Assembly (NCBI GenBank): GCA_020635205.1
Contig: JACKAE010000001.1
Coordinates: 22,059 to 86,058, forward strand
Source: Ignavibacteria bacterium
GTDB lineage: Bacteria > Bacteroidota > Ignavibacteria > OLB7
DNA length: 64,000 bases
Direction: 5' to 3'
Shown: in pieces, positions 57,019-64,000 of the stretch
How the letters are laid out: each line of letters opens with the position of its first letter
Numbering within the stretch: the first letter of the stretch is position 1
Translations under genes and position numbers: made by a program
Notes under the pieces: generated by a model
The model's database searches: none
What the model saw: only the letters and a program-made list of their open reading frames with translations
What the model was told of the DNA's origin: nothing

Positions 57019-57144
57019 CTCAAGATCGTCTGCTCCAATCGGTTACGAGTGTACCGAAAGATCGGCCTGTGTCGTATGTTGGAACGATTGTTTGATGAAC
57101 TCAATATTAATTCAAGAATTCAAGACAGAGGAGAGGATATTCCT

Positions 57145-58611
57145 ATGTACTTCCAACGTATTTATGATGAGAAGCTGGCCCAGGCTGCCTATCTGATTGG
57201 TTGCCAGAAGACGGGGCAAGCGGCGATAATTGATCCGGAGCGAGATGTGGATCGCTATATCCGGATTGCCGAAGAGAATGGTTTCCGCATTACGGTAATT
57301 ACCGAAACACATATCCACGCAGATTTCTTGAGCGGCGCTCGTGAACTTGCCGAGAAGACCGGAGCGACGCTCTACCTCTCCGGCGAGGGGGGAGAAGGGT
57401 GGAAATATAACTGGCTCGACAAGAAGAGCAGTGGTGGCTACTATAACCACGAACTTCTGGAGGATGGGGATAGCTTCAATGTGGGAAACATCGAGTTGAA
57501 GGCTGTTCACACGCCGGGTCATACCCCGGAGCACTTGAGCTTCTTTGTGATCGATCATGGTGGTGGTGCGGATGATCCTATCGGTCTGGCCACCGGTGAC
57601 TTCGTTTTTGTAGGGGATGTTGGTCGTCCTGACCTGCTGGAGACCGCAGCCGGTGAAGAGGGAGCAAAGGAGCCTGCTGCCCACGAACTTTACGACTCAC
57701 TTCGCTGGTTCGACAAGCTGGACGATTATATACAAATCTGGCCGGGACATGGTGCTGGCTCGGCCTGTGGCAAAGCGCTTGGGGCAATTCCGATGACCAC
57801 AGTTGGCTATGAAAAGCGCTTCAACAGTGCGTTGACCAAAACGCGGGATGGCGACGAGAAGTTTGTCAACTTTATCTTGGAAGGGCAGCCTGATCCTCCC
57901 TATTACTTCGCTCGCATGAAGCGGGAGAATCGAGAAGGTCCAGAACTTCTGGGTGAACTTCCGAAGCCTGAACTTGCTCCCCCTTCTGAAGTTGCCGGGA
58001 AAGTGAAATCTGGTGATGCAGTTCTACTCGACACTCGTTCTTGGAATGATTTTCGTCGAGGCCACATGCAAGGATCGTACTACACACCGTTCGACAAGAC
58101 CTTCCCAACGATTGCTGGTTCTTATACTGACCCAGAACAAGATGTCTATATGGTGATTGGTCACGCAGATGTTGAGGAAGCTGTGCGCGATCTGGTTCGC
58201 GTCGGTATAGATCGCATTAAAGGATATATCATTCCTGAGGCGCTCGATCAGTATCTGAACGATGGCGGAGCAAAAAGGGAGATTGTTTCGACAACTACCG
58301 AAGGGCTGGCTGCCACATTGCGGGAGAAAGATGTGACTGTTCTCGATGTGCGGGGTGAATCTGAATATCGTGAAGGACATGTGCGAGGAGCTTTACAGCT
58401 TGCACACACACGCCTACCGGCTGGCATAAGCAACTTGCCAGAGGATGCGACACTTTACGTTCACTGCAAAAGTGGTGCTCGCTCCGCGATTGCCTCGGCC
58501 TACTTGCAGGCAAACGGACATAACGTTGTCTACGTGAGTGGAGCGTTCGACGATATGGCGAAGGCGGGAATTCCAATTGCCGCCTCACCACGCGAGGAGA
58601 TGACGGCATAA
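57145..58611 (+). CDS. MBL-fold persulfide dioxygenase fused to rhodanese domains (ETHE1/CstB-like sulfur dioxygenase-sulfurtransferase).
   Basis: MBL motif 'ITETHIHADF' (HxHxDH). C-terminal rhodanese with active-site 'VHCKSGARSAIASAYL'. GGAG ribosome-binding site 8 nt upstream of the ATG. Confidence 0.75.
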   Translation: MYFQRIYDEKLAQAAYLIGCQKTGQAAIIDPERDVDRYIRIAEENGFRITVITETHIHADFLSGARELAEKTGATLYLSGEGGEGWKYNWLDKKSSGGYYNHELLEDGDSFNVGNIELKAVHTPGHTPEHLSFFVIDHGGGADDPIGLATGDFVFVGDVGRPDLLETAAGEEGAKEPAAHELYDSLRWFDKLDDYIQIWPGHGAGSACGKALGAIPMTTVGYEKRFNSALTKTRDGDEKFVNFILEGQPDPPYYFARMKRENREGPELLGELPKPELAPPSEVAGKVKSGDAVLLDTRSWNDFRRGHMQGSYYTPFDKTFPTIAGSYTDPEQDVYMVIGHADVEEAVRDLVRVGIDRIKGYIIPEALDQYLNDGGAKREIVSTTTEGLAATLREKDVTVLDVRGESEYREGHVRGALQLAHTRLPAGISNLPEDATLYVHCKSGARSAIASAYLQANGHNVVYVSGAFDDMAKAGIPIAASPREEMTA

Positions 58612-58687
58612 ACACTTGAATGTGAAAGCTACCTCTTCTTGAGCTTACGCTTCAGGTAGAAGAGCCAAAATCTGTATACAGAAGAGG

Positions 58688-58728
58688 GCGACCGGATGTA
58701 TATTCATCCGGTCGCTTTTTTTTGTGAG
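58688..58728 (+). terminator. Rho-independent terminator after the PDO-rhodanese gene.
   Basis: 'GCGACCGGATG...CATCCGGTCGC' stem followed by 'TTTTTTTTG'. Confidence 0.7.
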
Positions 58729-58760
58729 AACTGATTCTACACTTTTTCTCTTGGAACGAT

Positions 58761-59309
58761 ATGCCGGACAACGTCACGCTCTTCTCGTTGATTCAGTGGT
58801 CACTACTCCACCTCATTATTCCTCTGGCCATTCTCCAACGACTCGTGGAGCTGCAGAGAGCCAAACGGAATGGGCGGAAGTTGCGGGGGAGGGGAGCCGT
58901 AGAGTTTGGGAGAGACCACTACCCGGCAATTGTCACGATGCACACCTTCTGGTTCGTGGTAATGATTGCCGAAATTATTCTTCTCTCCCGTCCAATCAAT
59001 CCCTTCTGGCCTGTTCTGCTACCAATTTGGCTCGGGGCGCAAGGATTGCGCTACTGGACACTCCGAACCCTTGGGGAGCGGTGGACAACGCGGGTGTTTG
59101 TCCTTCCGGGTGAGAAGCCTGTCACTGGAGGGCCGTTCAACTATCTCCGCCACCCGAACTATGTAGCCGTGGTTGTGGAGATTCTTGTGCTCCCCCTGAT
59201 CTTCGGTTGCTACATCACCGCAATTGTTTTCTCTCTGGTCAACGCTGTTCTCCTTTGGATACGGATAAGGGCAGAGGAGCGGGGGTGGAGGGAGGTTGGG
59301 ATGAGCTAA
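58761..59309 (+). CDS. Isoprenylcysteine carboxyl methyltransferase (ICMT/PEMT) family membrane protein.
   Basis: 'FNYLRHPNYVAVVVEILVLPLIF' is the characteristic ICMT-family RHPxY motif. Multi-TM, 182 aa. Confidence 0.65.
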   Translation: MPDNVTLFSLIQWSLLHLIIPLAILQRLVELQRAKRNGRKLRGRGAVEFGRDHYPAIVTMHTFWFVVMIAEIILLSRPINPFWPVLLPIWLGAQGLRYWTLRTLGERWTTRVFVLPGEKPVTGGPFNYLRHPNYVAVVVEILVLPLIFGCYITAIVFSLVNAVLLWIRIRAEERGWREVGMS

Positions 59310-59396
59310 GAAAGCATGCTGAATATCGCTTGCATATAGTTTCCATGAGCAGACTTTCCTGTGCTTCTCATACACATTCCCTTCACAATCCCTTTT

Positions 59397-60077
59397 TTAA
59401 TTTTTAATTTTGACTTTTGAATTGATCCTCCCTGTTTTCCGCACAACAGCCGCCACCTCGCCGAGCAGTGCAGTTTCCGGACTTCCATCTACTACTCCCA
59501 CTTTTTGGTAGTGCCGGTTTACAGCCGTAAGATATTTCCGTGGGCCAGCCTGCTCCAGTCTGCGGACAACGGAGCTATTGCCTACCAAAGCGAAAACCAA
59601 CATGCCATCTTCAACTTCTGGCGTTTGCCTTACTACAATCAGATCTCCTTTGAATATCCCCTCCTTATCCATTCCATCGTCGGTAACGATTGCGACGAAG
59701 GCGTTCTCTGTTGGCATAGTTTCTGGATCGGGAGTGAACATGCCACGCGGGTTCATGAAGATAGAGTATGGGTTCGATGAATGTCCGTCGCCAACAATGG
59801 GAAGCTGTTTTGCAGAAGACCCTGACGTTAGGGGAGAGATGAGACTCGGGTCAACTAAGGCGATTCCCCGAGCCTTCCCCTTGTGCCTGATGATATATCC
59901 CTTTACCTCCAGAGCATTCAGGTGTTCGAAGACGCCGTTCGTGGAGCGCAGCTTGAATTCCTTAGCAATTTCTGGAATTGTCGGTGGTGCTTGCTCCTCC
60001 TCAATGCGGGAGCGGATGAACTCGTATATTTCGTTTTGACGTGGCGTTAAGGAACCACGTCCTGAGCGGGAAGCCAT
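59397..60077 (-). CDS. lexA: LexA-like repressor (S24-fold) with substituted cleavage site and catalytic dyad. Predicted non-autocleavable.
   Basis: N-terminal wHTH 'LTPRQNEIYEFIRSRIEEEQAPPTIPEIAKEFKLRSTNGVFEHLNALEVKGYIIRHKGKARGIAL' closely resembles the E. coli LexA DNA-binding domain. C-terminal 'VTDDGMDKEGIFKGDLIVV' aligns to 'VSGMSMKDIGIMDGDLLAV' with Ser119 replaced by Gly. 'VVRRLEQAG' aligns to 'VKRLKKQG' with Lys156 replaced by Arg. The Ala-Gly cleavage site is replaced by 'HSS'. Confidence 0.7.
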   Translation of the reverse strand: MASRSGRGSLTPRQNEIYEFIRSRIEEEQAPPTIPEIAKEFKLRSTNGVFEHLNALEVKGYIIRHKGKARGIALVDPSLISPLTSGSSAKQLPIVGDGHSSNPYSIFMNPRGMFTPDPETMPTENAFVAIVTDDGMDKEGIFKGDLIVVRQTPEVEDGMLVFALVGNSSVVRRLEQAGPRKYLTAVNRHYQKVGVVDGSPETALLGEVAAVVRKTGRINSKVKIKN

Positions 60078-60344
60078 GTTAGTCTTAACATGATAGTTAT
60101 CATCAGTCAGAAACCTGAAAATACAACTGAACAGCTACTGCCGCACTACGATCTACGAACTGTTATCCGCAATCTTCCCCTATGGTTCGTCCAGTAGTCT
60201 TTGATCTGACAACAGGTTCACCGATTTTATGGGGATGAAACGTCACGTTTGGCAACCAAAAGGTTTGTGCCGACTATCTACTTCGAGGTATTCAGGAACT
60301 TCTCTGGAAATTATGTTGGAGCAGTGCTCAACGGAGGAAAAGAA

Positions 60345-60722
60345 ATGATTAAGGGAATCGGAGTGGATAACGTCGATGTTCGGCGGATAGCCCGCACCTT
60401 GCAGCAGTATGGAGAGCGGTTCGAGCAGAAGATCTTTACTCCCGAAGAAATTGTCTACTGCCGTTGGAGTCCAGAACGGACTGCGGAACGATACGCTGCC
60501 CGATTTGCCGCAAAAGAGGCTTTCGCTAAAGCGATAGGGACTGGTGTCCGCTTAGGGTTCCGTTGGAGGGAAGTCTCAGTGGGCAAAGAGAAGACTGGGC
60601 GTCCAATTCTCTATCTCTCCGGTGGTATGGCTGAACGCTATGGACACCTTCGTTCCCATATCTCGCTGAGCCATACCGACGATATGGCAATCGCGATGAT
60701 CGTGTTAGAAGAGGAGTTATAA
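60345..60722 (+). CDS. acpS: Holo-[acyl-carrier-protein] synthase (4'-phosphopantetheinyl transferase).
   Basis: 'MIKGIGVDNVDVRRI...ARFAAKEAFAKAIGTG...SLSHTDDMAIAMIVLE' is the canonical AcpS. GGAGGA ribosome-binding site upstream of the ATG at 60345. Confidence 0.8.
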   Translation: MIKGIGVDNVDVRRIARTLQQYGERFEQKIFTPEEIVYCRWSPERTAERYAARFAAKEAFAKAIGTGVRLGFRWREVSVGKEKTGRPILYLSGGMAERYGHLRSHISLSHTDDMAIAMIVLEEEL

Positions 60723-60989
60723 GTAGAAGGGGAAGACTAAGCCCTGAAGATTTTCACAATCTATGGTTGGAACATAGTTCCCGTTGTTGCGTCTATCCTG
60801 CCGTGACAGCATGATCTATCTATAGAAGCTCATTTACTCTTTATTATCACAGCTATTTCTGGTAGTACTGTAATATCATCGTCGGAGGCGAGGGCCTATC
60901 GAACGGAGCCTCGCATCAGAACAACGGCGCATCTCCAGACGACGCAGGCTGATCGTGCTCGGGTTCGTCTGTTAGACGACGCTGCTCTG

Positions 60990-61529
60990 GTGGATGAAGC
61001 ACGTGCTGGGAATTCGCTTGGCTTTGATGAGTTAGTAGAACGATATCGTGAAAAAGCTCTCCGCTTGGTTGCTTCCACTTTAGGGGGGCGGGAAGATCTC
61101 GAAGATATAGTACAGGAAGTATTTGTGAAGGTCTATCGATCCCTTGACCGTTTTCGTGGTGACGCATCTTTTTCTACCTATCTCTACACAGTTACCGTCA
61201 ATCGTTGCCGAGATGAGCTGCGCAAATCAAAAATCCGCAAGTTTTTCTCCTTTGATGATTGGTTTGATAAGGGAGGAAGTAGCAGTAACGAGTTGACTGC
61301 TGCTAATGGTCACGGACTTGAGCAAGAAGAGCGAGTAGAAGCGGTGCGTGCGGCAATGCGGCGGTTACCGGAGCAGACCAGTATGTTACTCCACTTGCGG
61401 GAGATTGAAGAGTTGAGCTATAAGGATCTGGCCACGATCTTTAATGTGGAGATCGGGACGATCAAATCTCGTCTTGCGCGTGCTCGGGATAGGTTGCGGG
61501 AGGAACTGCTACCATTCATGGAAGAGTGA
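60990..61529 (+). CDS. ECF-type RNA polymerase sigma-70 factor.
   Basis: Region 2 'EDIVQEVFVKVYRSLDRFRGDASFSTYLYTVTVNRCRDELRK'. Region 4 'LSYKDLATIFNVEIGTIKSRLARARDRLREEL'. Confidence 0.8.
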   Translation: MDEARAGNSLGFDELVERYREKALRLVASTLGGREDLEDIVQEVFVKVYRSLDRFRGDASFSTYLYTVTVNRCRDELRKSKIRKFFSFDDWFDKGGSSSNELTAANGHGLEQEERVEAVRAAMRRLPEQTSMLLHLREIEELSYKDLATIFNVEIGTIKSRLARARDRLREELLPFMEE

Positions 61530-61664
61530 GGAATCGGGAGCTAATATCTTTCACTTCTACTGTCTTCGACGGTAGCGTGTGAAGTGCACAGAGCAGGATA
61601 ACTGTTCATCTCGGCAAAAAAAAGAAGTGGCTATCGAAAGATTATCGACGTTTTACACTGACAA

Positions 61665-63302
61665 ATGAGCTATAAACTCACAGAGAAAGAAAAAACTCTT
61701 CTCTCCGCCTACCATGATGGGGAGTTGAGTAGCGCGGAACATGCTGAGGTGGAGAAGCTGTTGAGGCGATCCACTGAAGCACAGAGTTGGTTGCGTGGGG
61801 CAGATGCAGTTCGGAGGCTTTCCATGACTGCCGTTGTTCTGCCTGAGGCGGCAAGCCGTTCTACAAAGCTAACTGGAAGTGCAATTGCTGCTGCATCCCG
61901 CAGAGGTGGTGTGGGCACAGTTTCATATATGGTTCACTCTCCTTGGACTGCTGTTGGTCTCCTATCGTTGCTTCTGATTGGGGCTGTCTACTTGATGGAT
62001 CCATTTGCTCCGAGCAGTGAAGGGCTGACTGCTACGAATAGAGTTGTGTCAACATCAGGGGAAATGTCTCCTGAAACCGTGACATTGCCAGCAAGTGATA
62101 CCAAATCAATGGTTCCGCCAATTACGCCGCGCGATCTAATTGGGTTTGCAGTAGATGGGATGCTTCCGGTGAACGCGGATAGAACGAAATATCTTGCTGT
62201 AGGCTCCCCCAATCACTCCAGCGAAGAGATGGTTCGCGAACTTGAATCTCAGTTGTCTGGCCTTGCCAGCGTTCACCTCCTGACGCTCGACTCTCTGGCA
62301 AAACTTCTTCGGTCGGCCGTGTTGCAAGCCCGTAATGGAACCTATGCTGTTCGACAAGATTTGTCTGCCCTTCGTGAGGATGTTATCGAACAGATAGAAC
62401 GTGCTCCGCTCTCAGCGAAAACCAGTGAACAACTTACCAAGGCAAAGCAGCAAGCAAAGCAGGTGCGCGAGGATGTCGAAGATCGTCTCGCCATGGAAAT
62501 GGAGCGAATGCGGAGAGAATTGATGGCTGGAGGAAGTGAGCCATATCTATTGGTAGATGCTACAACCGTAGCGGAAGCACCTACCGGAGATCACCAAGTA
62601 GTCCTCTCCTTTGAACAGATCGGTAAACGTTTTGATATCGTGCTTCTAAATCCAGAAGGAGTTACGGTGCGGGATCAGAATGTGAATATTGCCGCGTTGC
62701 TACCTTCTGCTTCTGGACGGCCAACTTCTCATGGCAAGCAAATGCGACCCCAGTCTTCTCGGTCGAAACCAGATACTCAGCCGGCAGGTTCATCAACAAA
62801 TTTTGCTTGGGAGGAACATGTCACCAGCGTCTACATGGCTGATGTGACCATTACTCTCAGCTCTAATCAAAGTCAGATTATTATCAGTAACGATGAAGAG
62901 ACTACGCTGAATTCTGGTTTCTTCGATATAGAAGAGAATTCCCCTACGTTTTACACTCTTAGCAACTATCTGACAAAGCTGACCGACAGCCTGAACGCGA
63001 CTGTCAATCGTATTATTACTGATACGGCAACTTCGGCACGTGAGCGTGCAGGGCAAATTCTGCGGGTACAAGATGATTATCGTCAACGTGTTGGACGGAT
63101 AATTGAAGTGATCCGGACTCACCAGAAAAACGCAGATGACCGAGATTCAGCAACAACTTCGGATGATGACGCCGCTTCTGTTGAAGAAGACCGTGAAGAT
63201 ATTAGAACTGATGGACAGTCTCTCGAAAGTGCCCTACGTGATGATGCTGCCGACGCTAATTCTCCCTGTTCTTTACAGGAGAACTGTACAGGAGTATCAT
63301 AA
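61665..63302 (+). CDS. Anti-sigma factor with a single TM helix and a large extracytoplasmic domain. Cognate of the upstream ECF sigma.
   Basis: N-terminal anti-sigma motif 'LLSAYHDGELSSAEHAEVEKLL'. TM helix 'WTAVGLLSLLLIGAVYLM'. Lies 135 bp downstream of the sigma gene. Confidence 0.65.
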   Translation: MSYKLTEKEKTLLSAYHDGELSSAEHAEVEKLLRRSTEAQSWLRGADAVRRLSMTAVVLPEAASRSTKLTGSAIAAASRRGGVGTVSYMVHSPWTAVGLLSLLLIGAVYLMDPFAPSSEGLTATNRVVSTSGEMSPETVTLPASDTKSMVPPITPRDLIGFAVDGMLPVNADRTKYLAVGSPNHSSEEMVRELESQLSGLASVHLLTLDSLAKLLRSAVLQARNGTYAVRQDLSALREDVIEQIERAPLSAKTSEQLTKAKQQAKQVREDVEDRLAMEMERMRRELMAGGSEPYLLVDATTVAEAPTGDHQVVLSFEQIGKRFDIVLLNPEGVTVRDQNVNIAALLPSASGRPTSHGKQMRPQSSRSKPDTQPAGSSTNFAWEEHVTSVYMADVTITLSSNQSQIIISNDEETTLNSGFFDIEENSPTFYTLSNYLTKLTDSLNATVNRIITDTATSARERAGQILRVQDDYRQRVGRIIEVIRTHQKNADDRDSATTSDDDAASVEEDREDIRTDGQSLESALRDDAADANSPCSLQENCTGVS

Positions 63303-63470
63303 CAGTCGATAAGAAGCAAGAAGAAGTAAGTTCTGTCGTTCTCTCGAGGTCAACCGACTATTAGTCGGCTGGCCTCTTCTCATTTACCTCTACGCAAGTG
63401 CAACTTCTCCGCTACTCTCACGAATGCCGCTGCTACATTTACTACCGGGTCATTCTTTTGGAGAAAAACG

Positions 63471-63785
63471 ATGATTATCACAAACACTGCTACTGTCCCA
63501 GGAAAAGAGGTTGTCGAGGTTTTAGAGGTTGTTTACGGTAATACTGTGCAGGCAAAACATCTTGGCAAAGATATTATGGCAGGGTTCAAGAGTCTGGTGG
63601 GAGGAGAAATAGTTGGATATTCTGAAATGTTGACTGAAGCACGAGAGCGTGCTACACAGCGTATGGTTAATGCCGCCGAGAGTGTCGGTGCAGATGCCGT
63701 CGTAAACGTTCGGTATACTACAAGTGCGATAATGCAGGGAATGTCAGAAGTTTTGGCCTATGGAACTGCTGTCAAACTTCGGTAG
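63471..63785 (+). CDS. YbjQ/UPF0145-family protein (putative heavy-metal-binding).
   Basis: 104 aa 'MIITNTATVPGKEVVEVLEVVYG...GGEIVGYSEML...ADAVVNVRY' matches the YbjQ-family architecture. Confidence 0.65.
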   Translation: MIITNTATVPGKEVVEVLEVVYGNTVQAKHLGKDIMAGFKSLVGGEIVGYSEMLTEARERATQRMVNAAESVGADAVVNVRYTTSAIMQGMSEVLAYGTAVKLR

Positions 63786-64000
63786 GTCTTGTTTGGTAAC
63801 ATAAATGACCATCGGTCACGTCTTCTCTCCTTAACATATCATCACGTCCCTCCCCTTGATTTTTGGCTGAAAAATCTACTATCTTTGCAGCGTTAGCACT
63901 CTACGCAATAGAGTGCTAACAAAATATCTAAAAACTGCCAATTCTTTTCAATTATCAAGTTTTTAAACACACAACTATAATTATTCTGAGGGAGAATTAC

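Noticed and set aside
56839-57144. N-terminal extension of ORF 56839..58611 translating the heptamer repeat as (QSPIPNP)n. The antisense ORFs 56721..57104 and 56768..57010 give a (GIGDWGL)n peptide.
   Set aside because: These are translations of the CCCCAAT simple-sequence repeat. The real gene has a good ribosome-binding site and ATG at 57145. They are treated as non-coding repeat artefacts.

Overview
This 64 kb window looks like an accessory, cell-surface-rich region from a bacterium with a type IX secretion system (Bacteroidota/FCB-group-like). At least nine predicted secreted proteins end in, or contain, the conserved T9SS C-terminal sorting domain (motif like 'YPNPF...IYDxxGR...GxYxxxL'). 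I cannot assign the organism more precisely from sequence alone.

Gene content, left to right:
- An imelysin plus DUF1111 di-haem iron-uptake-like cluster (255-6361).
- A copper/silver resistance island (7087-16726): a TolC-like outer-membrane factor, a CusB-like adaptor with an N-terminal CxxH/CxxC metal-binding domain, an RND pump CusA carrying an unusual Ser/Gly/Met-rich insertion, two HMA/CopZ-type chaperones, a T9SS cargo translationally coupled to copZ, and a cupredoxin lipoprotein. The island is punctuated by tandem ~170-bp repeats and MITE-like hairpin elements.
- Several very large T9SS cargo genes: a 1727-aa protein, two tandemly duplicated FG-GAP beta-propeller proteins plus a third remnant copy, a Tat-signal multicopper oxidase with a T9SS tail, and a BNR/sialidase-like protein.
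- A pair of tandem paralogous STAND (AAA_16-type) NTPase-TPR regulators with a C-terminal SARP-like wHTH+BTAD module. The two copies are disrupted in complementary places: copy 1 has lost its DNA-binding C-terminus, copy 2 its P-loop N-terminus.
- A 1239-aa secreted protein with a C-terminal lipase domain ('AHSMGG').
- A minus-strand four-gene operon: 571-aa beta-barrel OMP, 2050-aa Lys/Gly-rich giant protein, 717-aa multi-Fn3 protein, 165-aa protein. All are uncharacterised.
- A REP-associated tyrosine transposase (RAYT) interrupted by an in-frame stop and flanked by REP hairpins.
- A fatty-acid-desaturase-like gene; a persulfide-dioxygenase-rhodanese fusion preceded by ~21 copies of a CCCCAAT heptamer; an ICMT-family methyltransferase.
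- A LexA homologue whose cleavage site and catalytic Ser/Lys are all substituted; AcpS; an ECF sigma/anti-sigma pair; a YbjQ-family protein.

No rRNA, tRNA or CRISPR array was recognised. All domain calls rest on motif recognition by eye. No database search was run.
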